DNA from: Acutalibacteraceae bacterium
Lineage (GTDB): Bacteria > Bacillota > Clostridia > Oscillospirales > Acutalibacteraceae
Direction of reading: 5' to 3'
NCBI GenBank assembly: GCA_045641565.1
Contig: JAZUHE010000067.1
Coordinates: 1,883 to 65,882 of the forward strand
Length of the DNA: 64,000 nucleotides
Part shown: positions 53,772-63,968 of the stretch, in pieces
Layout of the letters: every line of letters starts with the position of its first letter
Position numbering within the stretch: position 1 is the stretch's first letter
Notes under the pieces: model-generated
Database searches by the model: none
What the model saw: only the letters and a program-made list of their open reading frames with translations
What the model was told of the DNA's origin: nothing
Program-made: the position numbers and the translations under genes

Positions 53772-55094
53772 ATGGGACTTATTCATGCAGGCCTTGGCTC
53801 AGTCGGAGGAATACTGGCTGATCAGTGGAAGGAATTTTTTACCTGTAATGCTTTGAGCACAGACGTTCTTGTTGCAAAAGGAGAAAAGCACATCGGCTCA
53901 CGCTCATCAAACACGAAGGCAAGCGACAATGTTATTACAAACGGTTCGGTTGTTGTTGTTGCCGACGGTCAGTGCATGCTTATCGTTCAGCAGGGCGAAA
54001 TAGTTGAAGTATGCGCAGAACCCGGTGAATTCGTATGGGATTCATCAACAGAGCCTACAATTTTTGCAGGTTCACTTGGTGAAAGCATAAAGGCCACATT
54101 TAAGGCTCTCGGCAGAAGATTTACTTTCGGCGGCGACCCCGGAAAGGATCAGAGAGTATATTATATCAACACTAAAGAGATTATCGGCAATAAATTCGGC
54201 ACACCTAACCCCTTCATGTTTGACGTTGTCAATAAGCAGGTTGGCTACAGAAGAACCGTTCAGGTAAGATGCAACGGCACATATACCTATAAAATCACAG
54301 ACCCGCTTCTTTTCTATAAGAATGTTTCAGGCAACGTAGAGAGCACTTATGAAAGAGAAACAATAGACAGCACACTTAAGACTGAGTTTATTGACGCTCT
54401 TCAGCCTGCGTTTGCATATCTTACAGAGCTCGAGCTTCGTCCCGCTCAGATTCCCGGACATACAAAGGAGCTCAAGGACGCTATAAACACAACTCTTGCT
54501 TCAACATGGGCAGAGCACAGAGGAATTACTGTTGACTCCATCGCTCTTAATCCGATTACCCTCACAGAAGAGGATATGAAGAAGATTAATCAGCTTGAGG
54601 ACGCAGCTTCTCTCGGCGGCAATCCCTTCATGATGGCAGGCAGAATTACAGACTCAACAGCCAGCGCTATGGAAGGCGCCGCAAACAATCCCAACGGCGC
54701 GGTTAATGCCTTTATGGGTATGGGCATGACAGGCGGCGCAGGTGCCGGCGGATTTGCCGCGGCACAGGGCTTATATAATATGGGCGTTCAGCAGACCCAG
54801 CAGCAGGCCGCTCAGGCAAACGGATGGAAATGCGCCTGCGGAGCAACCGCAACAGGTAATTTCTGCCCGAATTGCGGAGCAAAAAAGCCTGACCCCGTTC
54901 AGGCTGACAGCTGGAAGTGCGCCTGCGGAGCAGTAAACAACGGCAAATTCTGCTCGAACTGCGGAGCGAAAAAGCCTGAGGCAGCACCGCAGTATAAATG
55001 CAGCAAATGCGGCTGGGAGCCTGAAGACCCTCAGAATCCTCCTAAATTCTGCCCTGAGTGCGGCGATGCTTTTGATAATAACGATGTTAAATAA
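53772..55094 (+). CDS. SPFH/band-7-like protein (YdjI-like) with three C-terminal zinc ribbons
   Basis: N-terminal MGLIHAGLGSVGGILADQWKEFF. C-terminal WKCACG...CPNCG, WKCACG...CSNCG and YKCSKCG...CPECG. Confidence 0.75.
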   Translation: MGLIHAGLGSVGGILADQWKEFFTCNALSTDVLVAKGEKHIGSRSSNTKASDNVITNGSVVVVADGQCMLIVQQGEIVEVCAEPGEFVWDSSTEPTIFAGSLGESIKATFKALGRRFTFGGDPGKDQRVYYINTKEIIGNKFGTPNPFMFDVVNKQVGYRRTVQVRCNGTYTYKITDPLLFYKNVSGNVESTYERETIDSTLKTEFIDALQPAFAYLTELELRPAQIPGHTKELKDAINTTLASTWAEHRGITVDSIALNPITLTEEDMKKINQLEDAASLGGNPFMMAGRITDSTASAMEGAANNPNGAVNAFMGMGMTGGAGAGGFAAAQGLYNMGVQQTQQQAAQANGWKCACGATATGNFCPNCGAKKPDPVQADSWKCACGAVNNGKFCSNCGAKKPEAAPQYKCSKCGWEPEDPQNPPKFCPECGDAFDNNDVK

Positions 55095-55120
55095 GACTGA
55101 TTCGGATATTAAGGAGGCGC

Positions 55121-56302
55121 ATGGCTGTGAATATTAAAAGAGCTTTACTTACGGCAGTTTCGCTTGTTCTTTGCATGAGCCTTGTGCTTTCCTTTGCGTC
55201 CTGCGGCAAAAAGAATGAGGAAAAAGAGCCCGTACCTGACGTGAGCAGTGATGAATACAGCAAGCTCACGCCTGAAGATATCATTGAGAAATACATTAAA
55301 GATAAAAATAATATTTCTCTTGAGGATTATACGGCTCTGCTTTCCACTCTTGCGTATGTTCCGATTAATAACGATACGCTTGAGCTGGAGGATAACAATA
55401 CCGCACGTGCTCTCAATCTTCTCGGCAACGGGAATGCAGTGTTCCCTGAACCTGAGAAAGTTGTGGAGGCACTCATTCATGATAAATCTCCCCAGGTGAG
55501 AGGTTTTGCGGTAACGCTTGCAGGTTCTCTGCTTGAATCCGATGAAGAAAATCTGTCACTGCTTAAAGATGTAATCAAAAACGAAAAAGAACCTTATGTG
55601 CTTAAATGCGCGACAGATACTTTTGCGTTCGGCGGTGCCGAGGACCCGGATATTGGAAAATTCCTTGTCAGAATGACAAAGAATGATAATAAGGCTGTAA
55701 GGCTCAGTGCGGTGTATACGCTGAGCAGCACGGCAGCACTTGATATTGACGGTGCGGCAGACGCTGTTATCGCCCTCATGGGCGACAGCGAGCCTGATGT
55801 GCGCAAGGCGGCGTATAAATTCTGCGGAGCTTTTTATGATGACAGGGCGGTTGAGCCGATAGTTAAAATGCTCAGCAATTCCGCTGAAGCGGATTATCAC
55901 GCATACGGTCTGCTCGGTCTGATAACCATGTGGTATGACTATCCCGGTCATGCCCATACAAGCGCGGCGGCGTATAAGGCCACTGTGAATTATTTCAAAA
56001 CGGTCAGGCCTTCACAGAAGACTCCTCCGCTTTCGGCGATTTCAGCTCTGAGTCAGAAGACCGATGAGACTTTTGATTCGTGGAAGCAGCAGGCTTCGTA
56101 TTATAACGCAGATGAGCTTGTGCAGATTATGAAAAATCTTGTTTCACAGGCAGACCTCAGCTGGCAGGCGCGTGTCGCGGCTATGAAAGTAATTGCTGTT
56201 CACGGAACGAAGGCCGATATGGATTCGCTTAAGGCGGTAACAGACTCTCTTAAGGACGAGGCGGCTGAGCTTATCAGAACAGAATACGAAAAAATCAGTT
56301 AA
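55121..56302 (+). CDS. HEAT-repeat lipoprotein
   Basis: Lipobox LSFASC. Repeated helical units contain the patterns SPQVRGFA, NKAVRLSA and EPDVRKAA. Confidence 0.6.
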   Translation: MAVNIKRALLTAVSLVLCMSLVLSFASCGKKNEEKEPVPDVSSDEYSKLTPEDIIEKYIKDKNNISLEDYTALLSTLAYVPINNDTLELEDNNTARALNLLGNGNAVFPEPEKVVEALIHDKSPQVRGFAVTLAGSLLESDEENLSLLKDVIKNEKEPYVLKCATDTFAFGGAEDPDIGKFLVRMTKNDNKAVRLSAVYTLSSTAALDIDGAADAVIALMGDSEPDVRKAAYKFCGAFYDDRAVEPIVKMLSNSAEADYHAYGLLGLITMWYDYPGHAHTSAAAYKATVNYFKTVRPSQKTPPLSAISALSQKTDETFDSWKQQASYYNADELVQIMKNLVSQADLSWQARVAAMKVIAVHGTKADMDSLKAVTDSLKDEAAELIRTEYEKIS

Positions 56303-56361
56303 TTCCCAATAAGCTTTACGGAGCGGGGCGATGCTCTGCTCCGTTATTACAATAAAAAGAG

Positions 56362-57471
56362 GTGAAGTGCTTGTCAACTTTACTTGAATTCAAATGTCCT
56401 CATTGCGGGGGCAAGCTTGAATTTGACGCTTCAACGCAGAAAATGAAGTGCCCTTACTGTGATTCCGAGCTTGATATAACAGCTCTGCAGCATAATGAAG
56501 AGCTGCTTAATCAGTCGAGCGGCGAAGACAATATGGTGTGGGAAAATACAGCAGGCGGTCAGTGGGACGAAGGAGAAACTGACAATATTAAGGTTTACAC
56601 CTGTAATTCCTGCGGCGGTGAAATTATTGCCGATGAAACAACGGGTGCGACTCACTGCCCTTACTGCGGCAATCCTGTTGTTATGACCTCAAGCTTTTCA
56701 GGCGCGCTGAAGCCTGACTATGTTATACCGTTCAAGATTACAAAGGAGCAGGCCAAGGACGCGCTTAAAAAGCATTACGAAGGCAAAAAGCTGCTTCCTG
56801 CTGTCTTTAAATCAGAGAATCATCTTGATGAAATAAAAGGCGTTTATGTGCCGTTCTGGCTTTTTGACGCTGTGTCAAATGCGAATATCAGCTATGAAAT
56901 GAGCAAAATGAGAGTGTGGACAGACAGCAATTTCAATTATACTGAAACCTCCCATTATGCGGGCTTCAGGCAGGGCTCAGTTCAGTTTATGAATGTTCCT
57001 GTTGACGGCTCCGAAAAAATGCCTGATGATATGATGGAGTCTATAGAGCCTTTTGATTTTTCTGAGGCTGTTCCGTTCAACACGGCTTATCTCTCCGGCT
57101 TTATGGCAGATAAATATGATGTAGATGACATAAGCAGTGCGGACAGAGCCAACAGCAGAATCAAATCAAGCACAGAGGAACTGTTTAAAAGCACCGTTGA
57201 GGGCTACGGCTCAATTCAGGTTAAGAGCAGTAATATTTCTCTTTCAGATTCAAAAGCGAAGTATGCCCTTTACCCCGTATGGCTGCTTACAACAACCTTT
57301 GAAAATAAACAGTATCTTTTTGCCGTTAACGGGCAGACAGGGAAAATTGTAGGCGATTTGCCTATTGACAACAAGCTCGCCAGAAAATATAAATGGATTT
57401 ATACTCTTATAGGCGGCGCGGCGGCATACGCTGTTCTTGCAATCTTAGGCCTGATAGGAGGATTGCTGTGA
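56362..57471 (+). CDS. Zinc-ribbon protein with a C-terminal TM anchor (YdjG-like)
   Basis: N-terminal CPHCGG...CPYC and CNSCGG...CPYCG, with a C-terminal hydrophobic helix. GTG start. Confidence 0.55.
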   Translation: MKCLSTLLEFKCPHCGGKLEFDASTQKMKCPYCDSELDITALQHNEELLNQSSGEDNMVWENTAGGQWDEGETDNIKVYTCNSCGGEIIADETTGATHCPYCGNPVVMTSSFSGALKPDYVIPFKITKEQAKDALKKHYEGKKLLPAVFKSENHLDEIKGVYVPFWLFDAVSNANISYEMSKMRVWTDSNFNYTETSHYAGFRQGSVQFMNVPVDGSEKMPDDMMESIEPFDFSEAVPFNTAYLSGFMADKYDVDDISSADRANSRIKSSTEELFKSTVEGYGSIQVKSSNISLSDSKAKYALYPVWLLTTTFENKQYLFAVNGQTGKIVGDLPIDNKLARKYKWIYTLIGGAAAYAVLAILGLIGGLL

Positions 57472-58247
57472 TGAAACGTTTTATATGTATTTTAGCGGCA
57501 GTTCTTGTCTTTGCTTCATGCTTTGTGATTGCGGCGTCGGCCGAGACAATCCCGAGTGAAAGACAGGTTGAAAGATTCGCCGATAACGCGGGAATTATTC
57601 CCGACAGCGACGAGGCGGAGATACTTAAGATGCTGAATGAAATCAGCGAGAAGAGAAAATTTGACGTTATTATTCTTACAACCGCTTCAACAGGGCTTCA
57701 GGACCCGCAGGATTATGCGGACGATTATTATGATTATAACGGCTGCGGATACGGCAGAAACCGTGACGGCGCGATTCTTCTTATTTCCATGGATCCGAGA
57801 TATATTCATATAGGCACCTGCGGAAAAGGTATGAAGATAATAAGTGACGGAGATATTGACCCGTTGATTGATACGTTTTATGAGGACATTCTTGCCGGAG
57901 ATTATTCATCTGCGTGCAGAACCTTTGCGAGCGAAACCGATTCCCTCATAGGCTCATTTAAGCTCAGACCGATAATTCTTATTCCCATTGCTCTTGTACT
58001 CGGCTTTATAATAGCGTATTTTGCGGTAAACGGAATGAAAGAAAAGCACAGAACCGTAAGGTTCAAGGCCGAAGCTTCAAGCTATGAAGTTGCAGGCAGT
58101 CTCGCTCTTGCAAATAAAAGCGATAATTTCCTTTACATGAATGTGGCGAGAGTTCCGATTCCGAGAGAAACGAGAGCGGGCGGCTCAGGAGGAGGACACG
58201 TATCCTCTTCAGGCACCTCCCACGGCGGCGGAGGAAGGTCATTCTGA
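57471..58247 (+). CDS. TPM-domain protein (YdjH-like) with a Gly-rich tail
   Basis: Signal peptide, the TPM pattern FADNAGIIPDSDEAEILKMLNEISEKRKFDVIILT, a TM segment, and a GGSGGGH...GGGGRSF tail. The start overlaps the upstream stop (TGATG). Confidence 0.75.
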   Translation: MKRFICILAAVLVFASCFVIAASAETIPSERQVERFADNAGIIPDSDEAEILKMLNEISEKRKFDVIILTTASTGLQDPQDYADDYYDYNGCGYGRNRDGAILLISMDPRYIHIGTCGKGMKIISDGDIDPLIDTFYEDILAGDYSSACRTFASETDSLIGSFKLRPIILIPIALVLGFIIAYFAVNGMKEKHRTVRFKAEASSYEVAGSLALANKSDNFLYMNVARVPIPRETRAGGSGGGHVSSSGTSHGGGGRSF

Positions 58248-58254
58248 AATAAAA

Positions 58255-58297
58255 AAGTATGGATTTTGCTTAATGCAGAACCCATACTTGTTTTTTT
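58255..58297. terminator. Bidirectional terminator between the TPM and M23 genes
   Basis: AAGTATGG...CCATACTT stem flanked by an A6 run and a T7 run. Confidence 0.7.
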
Positions 58298-58985
58298 ATA
58301 AAAGATTAAGAGCGGTAAGGGGATTCATATATTCACCGCTGACAACCGTTTCAACATGAATGTGCGGCTCCTCAGCAGATTCTGACGGCAGGGTGCCTGC
58401 CTTGCCGATAATACCGCCCTTTGATATTTTATCACCTTTTTTTACTTTTACCGAGTCCTCAAGGCCGCAGTATTTCACATACATATCACCGGGGCAGAGA
58501 ACTGTGACAGTAACGCCCCACATTTCGTCCTTGTCAACGGAGGTAACGGTACAGCTCTGAACGGCAAAAACATTATCGCCTGCCGCGGCGCTGAAATCGG
58601 TGCCGTTATGAACGCGCCAGTCGCCCATGGTTTCGGATTTTACCATTTCGCCTTCGCTGAAATCCTTTATCGCTTTGCCCGTTGTGGGCGGGGCAAAGGA
58701 GCCGGTGCAGGGCTTTTCATCTTCGGGAACGGCGGTTGACACAACTGACGTTGATGACGGCTTCGGAATTCCCGTGGCGGGTACGTTCGCCGCTTCATTT
58801 TTCTGGCTTGTTGTGATTCGGGTATACGATGTCAGAATCTCGGATTTTTCACTGCCGCTCTTCATAGTATTTTTAGGAACGGAAAGATTATAAACAACTG
58901 CGCTGATACCTACGATTGCTATTAAACAGAATGTAAGTATGGTGCGGTAAAGCTTTCCTGAAACGGCATTGTTTTTCTCTTGCAT
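58296..58985 (-). CDS. M23-family metallopeptidase
   Basis: HNGTDF (HxxxD) and PHIHVE (HxH) motifs, with an N-terminal TM anchor. Confidence 0.85.
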   Translation of the reverse strand: MQEKNNAVSGKLYRTILTFCLIAIVGISAVVYNLSVPKNTMKSGSEKSEILTSYTRITTSQKNEAANVPATGIPKPSSTSVVSTAVPEDEKPCTGSFAPPTTGKAIKDFSEGEMVKSETMGDWRVHNGTDFSAAAGDNVFAVQSCTVTSVDKDEMWGVTVTVLCPGDMYVKYCGLEDSVKVKKGDKISKGGIIGKAGTLPSESAEEPHIHVETVVSGEYMNPLTALNLL

Positions 58986-59051
58986 ATAAACACCTCTGAA
59001 TTTTTTATGAGCAATTATATTGTTGCCGTTACATCATATTTTTATGCAACG

Positions 59052-59084
59052 AAAAAGCAGCCGGTATAACACCGGCTGCTTTTT
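59052..59084. terminator. Orphan bidirectional terminator-like hairpin in a divergent intergenic region
   Basis: Perfect 14-nt arms AAAAAGCAGCCGGT / ACCGGCTGCTTTTT with a 5-nt loop. Confidence 0.5.
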
Positions 59085-59344
59085 CCAATAAATTGAGGGG
59101 TTTATTGAGGAGGGGTATGTGATAGAGGAAAGTTGCGGCTCTTTCCTTACCACGGCCTTATCATAACAGACGATTATGAACAAATTATGAACAAAACATG
59201 CTTATTTTGAAAATTTTTAAAAACATTTTGATGAAATGTGTTTAATAACGCGGTGGTTCGTTAAAAAGTTTTAAATTTTTACTTGAAATATAAATCTATA
59301 TGGTGTAGCATATTATAAGACCAAAAACAAAGGAGACGGTTAAT

Positions 59345-60310
59345 ATGAAGCTTGGTGTTTTTACCTGCCTTTTAGGTAATCTTCCTCTTGAGCAGGCACT
59401 TGAATATTTTAAATCAAAGGGAATCGAAATGATTGAAATCGGTTGCGGCGGATATCCCGGAAACAGTCATGCCGATCCCGAAACATTACTTAATGACAGC
59501 GCGAAGCTTGAAGAATTCAAAGCGCTTATCAAAAAGTATGGTATGGAAATCAGCGCTCTGAGCTGTCACGGCAATCCCGTTCATCCCAACAAAGAAATTG
59601 CCGCTGATTTTGACAAGACAATCCGTAATACCATTCTTCTTGCGGAGAAGCTGGATCTTCATCAGATAAACACCTTCTCAGGCTGTCCCGGCGACCATGA
59701 CGGCGCTAAATTCCCCAACTGGGTAACCTGCCCCTGGCCGAATGATTTTGGTGAGATTCTCGATTATCAGTGGAATGAAGTTCTTATCCCTTACTGGAAA
59801 GACCTTGTTGCATTCTCGAAGGCTCACGGCGTAAACAAAATTGCTCTTGAGCTTCATCCCGGATTCTGCGTATATAATACAGAGAGCCTTCTGAAGCTCC
59901 GTGAGGCTGTAGGACCCGAAATCGGCGCCAACCTTGACCCCAGCCATCTTATCTGGCAGGGAATGGAGCCTGTTGCTGTTATCAGAGCTCTTGGTGACGC
60001 TATTTTCCACTTCCACGCTAAGGATACTAAGATTGATAAATATAACACAGCGGTTAACGGCGTGCTTGATACAAAGCCCTACGGCGACGAAATCAACCGC
60101 TCATGGATTTTTCGCAGCGTAGGCTACGGCAACGATGCCGCGTACTGGAAAGATATAATCAGTAATCTTCGCCTTGTAGGCTATGATTACGCTATAAGCA
60201 TTGAGCATGAAGACAGCCTTATGAGCCAGAATGAAGGCCTTACAAAGGCGGTTGAGCTCCTTAAGCAGGTACTTGTTACTGAATCCACAGGCGATATGTG
60301 GTGGGTATGA
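59345..60310 (+). CDS. Sugar phosphate isomerase/epimerase (xylose-isomerase-like TIM barrel)
   Basis: 321 aa with typical patterns (IEIGCGG, ALELHPG, ISIEHED). Confidence 0.75.
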   Translation: MKLGVFTCLLGNLPLEQALEYFKSKGIEMIEIGCGGYPGNSHADPETLLNDSAKLEEFKALIKKYGMEISALSCHGNPVHPNKEIAADFDKTIRNTILLAEKLDLHQINTFSGCPGDHDGAKFPNWVTCPWPNDFGEILDYQWNEVLIPYWKDLVAFSKAHGVNKIALELHPGFCVYNTESLLKLREAVGPEIGANLDPSHLIWQGMEPVAVIRALGDAIFHFHAKDTKIDKYNTAVNGVLDTKPYGDEINRSWIFRSVGYGNDAAYWKDIISNLRLVGYDYAISIEHEDSLMSQNEGLTKAVELLKQVLVTESTGDMWWV

Positions 60311-60331
60311 CGAAAGCGAGGCAAATACACA

Positions 60332-61408
60332 ATGGTTGGTAATAAAATCGGTGCTGCCGTTATCGGTTACGGCGGAATGGGCAGCTGGCATACACGCAAA
60401 ATGCTCAAGCAGATGACAGATGACGTTGAGCTGGTAGGAATATATGATATTAAACCCGAAAGAGCAAAGGTCGCGGAGGAAAACGGAATTCACGCGTTCG
60501 CTTCAAGAGAAGAGCTCCTCAGCGACGACAGAATAGATTTTGTTGTTGTCGCGACTCCCAATAATTTCCATAGAGAGATTGTTGTTGACGCTCTTGCTCA
60601 CGGTAAAAATGTAATCAGCGAAAAGCCTGTCACAATAAACTGTGAAGAGCTTGAAAAGATGATTGCCGCAAGCGAAAAATACGGCAAAATCTTTACCGTT
60701 CATCAGAACAGACGCTGGGACCCTGATTATCTTACAGTTAAAAAGATTTATGAAGCCAACACCCTCGGCCGAATCTTCAGAATCGAGTCAAGAGTTCACG
60801 GCTCACGCGGTGTACCCGGTGACTGGAGAAATCATAAGGAATTCGGCGGCGGCATGGTATTTGACTGGGGCATACATATAATTGACCAGGCTCTCATGCT
60901 TATGGGCGACGCTAAGATTGAATCCGTCTATGCTATAACAGACCTGATTACAACCGATGACTGCGATGACGGATTTAAGCTTGAGCTTAAATTCTCAAAC
61001 GGAATAGAATACCACGCTGAGGTCGGCACAAGCAATTTCATTGAACTGCCCCGCTGGTATGTTCTTGGTGAAAACGGTTCCGCGATTATCCGCGACTGGG
61101 ACCTCAACGGCGAAATCGTTATGGTTTCAGACTGGGAAAACAAAGACGCTGTTCCGATTCAGGCAGGCGTAGGTCTTACAAAGACAATGGCACCCAGAAC
61201 AGACGATTCAATTCAGAGATATCCTCTGCCATACGTTGAGAATCTCGGCTTTGACGACATGAGCGAATTCTACAGAAACTTCATCGCAACACTCCGCGGC
61301 GAAGAGACTCAGTATGTAACTCACAACCAGCAGCGCAGACTCATCAAGCTGATTGAGGCTATATTTGAATCGGCGAGAGACAACAAGGTAGTTTATTTCG
61401 AAAAATAA
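60332..61408 (+). CDS. Gfo/Idh/MocA-family NAD(P)-dependent oxidoreductase
   Basis: N-terminal Rossmann IGAAVIGYGGMG and an EKP motif (SEKPV). Confidence 0.85.
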   Translation: MVGNKIGAAVIGYGGMGSWHTRKMLKQMTDDVELVGIYDIKPERAKVAEENGIHAFASREELLSDDRIDFVVVATPNNFHREIVVDALAHGKNVISEKPVTINCEELEKMIAASEKYGKIFTVHQNRRWDPDYLTVKKIYEANTLGRIFRIESRVHGSRGVPGDWRNHKEFGGGMVFDWGIHIIDQALMLMGDAKIESVYAITDLITTDDCDDGFKLELKFSNGIEYHAEVGTSNFIELPRWYVLGENGSAIIRDWDLNGEIVMVSDWENKDAVPIQAGVGLTKTMAPRTDDSIQRYPLPYVENLGFDDMSEFYRNFIATLRGEETQYVTHNQQRRLIKLIEAIFESARDNKVVYFEK

Positions 61409-61487
61409 ATAGATGAAAAGCAGAATATATGTTGATTGTTTCAATGTACATTCTGCTTTGGTTTTTAATAACATCGGAGAGATTTTT

Positions 61488-63968
61488 ATGTCTAAAAAAT
61501 TACATTTAATATGCAACGCCCATCTCGACCCCGTATGGCAGTGGGAATGGGAGGAGGGTGCCGCGGAGGCGCTTTCCACATTCAGAATCGCGGCGGAATT
61601 CTGCGAGGAATACGATAATTTTGTATTTTGCCACAATGAGGCGCTGCTTTATCAGTGGATTGAGGAATATGACCCGGAGCTTTTCAAAAAGATTCAGGAG
61701 CTTGTTAAAAAAGATAAATGGCACATCATGGGCGGCTGGCAGCTTCAGCCGGACTGCAATATGCCCTCGGGCGAATCCTTTGTACGTCAGATTCTCTCGG
61801 GAAGAAAGTATTTCCTTGAAAAATTCGGTAAAGCTCCGACAGTGGCAATAAACTTTGACCCGTTCGGTCACAGCAGGGGACTTGTACAGATAATGAAAAA
61901 AAGCGGATATGACGGATATCTGTTTATGCGTCCCGACGGGAATTTTCTCGATTTGCCTGCTGATGAATTCAGATGGGTCGGTTATGACGGAAGCGAGATA
62001 ACCGCTGTAAGGCTTGCGGGCGGTTACGGCTCGGGCAAAGGCAGGGCGGCTCAGAAAGCTCTTGATTATATTGAGAAATGCAAAGAAGATGATTTCTTCC
62101 TCTGCCTTTGGGGCATAGGCAACCACGGCGGCGGCCCTTCAAAAGAGGATATTGAGAATCTCAACGCTCTTGCTCTTGAAAAGGCGAAAGACGGCGTAGA
62201 GCTTATTCATTCCACGCCCGAGAAATATTTTGCCGAGGTAAATGAAAAAAGAGAGCTCTCTGAATTCTCAAAGAGTCTTAATTCATGGGCTCCCGGCTGC
62301 TACACAAGCATGATTCGTGTAAAGCAGAAGCACAGAAAAGCGGAAAACGAGTTTTTCCTCGCGGAATGCATGGCTTCCCACGCGGCAAATGAGGGGCTGA
62401 TTGAGTACCCCGCAAATGAGCTGGCGCAGGCGCTTTATGATATAACTCTTATTCAGTTCCACGATACTCTGCCCGGTTCGGCGATTCAGGCGGCCGAGGA
62501 GATGTCCATGAGAACCTTTGACCACGCTCTTGAGATTCTCTCCCGAATAAAGGCGAGGGCATTTTTTGCTCTTGCGTCGGGTCAGCAGAAGGCGCCGTCG
62601 GATAAAATTCCCGTATTCATATATAATCCTTATCCATATAAGGTCAGGGGCGATTTTGCCTGCGAGTTTATGCTGTGGGACCAGATATGGGACGAGGGTA
62701 AATTCTTAAAGCCGCTGGTTTACGCCGAGAACGGCAGTATCTGTGAGTCTCAGTGTGAAAAGGAAAACAGCACTATTCCTATTGAATGGCGCAAAAGAGT
62801 TATATTCAGTGCCGAGCTTGAGCCGATGAAGATGAACCGCTTCGAATGCGGATTTGAAGAAATTAAAAAGCCTGTACCTCAGCTTAAAAATGATGAGACG
62901 CATTATATTTTTGAAGCAGGCGGACAGCTGATTAAAATAAACAAGTCAACAGGTCTTATTGATGAATTATCCGTCGGCGGTGAAAACTACGTTAAGAACG
63001 GAGCGTTCAGCCTTGAAGTGTGGAAGGATAATCATGACCCGTGGTATATGGAGAATCATTCGTGGCTTGAAAAAGAAGACGAATTCAGACTTCTGAATAA
63101 GGCGGAAACAAAAGAATTCCTCTGCGTGAATAATGAAATTGAGCCTGTTCGCGTTATCGAAAGCGGTGACGTGCGTACCGTTGTTGAGGCGGTATTCGGT
63201 TACAAGAGCTCGAGGGCGGCCGTTAAGTATATTATGTCCGAAAAAGACAGGCTTAAAATTGATATTAAGGTTGTCTGGAACGAAAAGCAGAAAATGCTTA
63301 AGATGAATATTCCGTCGTCATTCGGCGCTGACACTTGTATCGGCGAGCATCCATATGGCAGAGAGAAGTTTTTCGATGCGCTCAAAGAGAATGTTTCGCA
63401 GAAATATATTCTCGAATGCAAGGACGATAAGGCGATTCTCTGCGTCAACAACTGCGTTTACGGCTCGTCATTTGACGATAAAAACGGTGAGCTTAAGATA
63501 ACGCTTCTTCGTTCACCTTCATACTGCGCTCATCCCATAGGTGACAGGCAGGTTATGCCGCAGGACAGATATATGCCCTATATGGAGCAGGGCGAGAGAG
63601 AATTCAGCTTTATGATTGAGGTGGGAAATACAGAAGAAATTCTGAAAACCGCACCGAGAACCGCTCAGCATTTCAACGCTCAGCCCATGGCGCTGTCATT
63701 CTATCCCACGGGAAGAGGAAGCCTGCCGGAGTCTCCACTTGAAATCAGCGGAAATGATGTTATCACTCTCACAGCTTTTAAAAAGGCTGACAACGGCGAC
63801 GGATATATCGTGAGACTTTTCAATCCTGTTGAAAATAAGCAGACGGCGAAAATGAGATTTTACGGGAATGACGCAGAAATTAAATTCACGGCCTTTGAAA
63901 TAAAAACTCTGAGAGTGACAAAGGAAAAAATCGAAGAGACGGATTTAATGGAAAATCTGCTTGATTGA
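61488..63968 (+). CDS. GH38-family alpha-mannosidase
   Basis: N-terminal HLICNAHLDPVWQWEWEEG, about 826 aa. The ATG at 61488 follows GGAGAG; the ORF track begins at 61413. Confidence 0.8.
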   Translation: MSKKLHLICNAHLDPVWQWEWEEGAAEALSTFRIAAEFCEEYDNFVFCHNEALLYQWIEEYDPELFKKIQELVKKDKWHIMGGWQLQPDCNMPSGESFVRQILSGRKYFLEKFGKAPTVAINFDPFGHSRGLVQIMKKSGYDGYLFMRPDGNFLDLPADEFRWVGYDGSEITAVRLAGGYGSGKGRAAQKALDYIEKCKEDDFFLCLWGIGNHGGGPSKEDIENLNALALEKAKDGVELIHSTPEKYFAEVNEKRELSEFSKSLNSWAPGCYTSMIRVKQKHRKAENEFFLAECMASHAANEGLIEYPANELAQALYDITLIQFHDTLPGSAIQAAEEMSMRTFDHALEILSRIKARAFFALASGQQKAPSDKIPVFIYNPYPYKVRGDFACEFMLWDQIWDEGKFLKPLVYAENGSICESQCEKENSTIPIEWRKRVIFSAELEPMKMNRFECGFEEIKKPVPQLKNDETHYIFEAGGQLIKINKSTGLIDELSVGGENYVKNGAFSLEVWKDNHDPWYMENHSWLEKEDEFRLLNKAETKEFLCVNNEIEPVRVIESGDVRTVVEAVFGYKSSRAAVKYIMSEKDRLKIDIKVVWNEKQKMLKMNIPSSFGADTCIGEHPYGREKFFDALKENVSQKYILECKDDKAILCVNNCVYGSSFDDKNGELKITLLRSPSYCAHPIGDRQVMPQDRYMPYMEQGEREFSFMIEVGNTEEILKTAPRTAQHFNAQPMALSFYPTGRGSLPESPLEISGNDVITLTAFKKADNGDGYIVRLFNPVENKQTAKMRFYGNDAEIKFTAFEIKTLRVTKEKIEETDLMENLLD

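Noticed and set aside
59345-63968. Sugar isomerase, Gfo/Idh/MocA oxidoreductase and GH38 mannosidase cluster considered as a novel system
   Set aside because: This is a typical carbohydrate-utilisation gene set with host-like composition. Nothing unusual is visible in the sequence.
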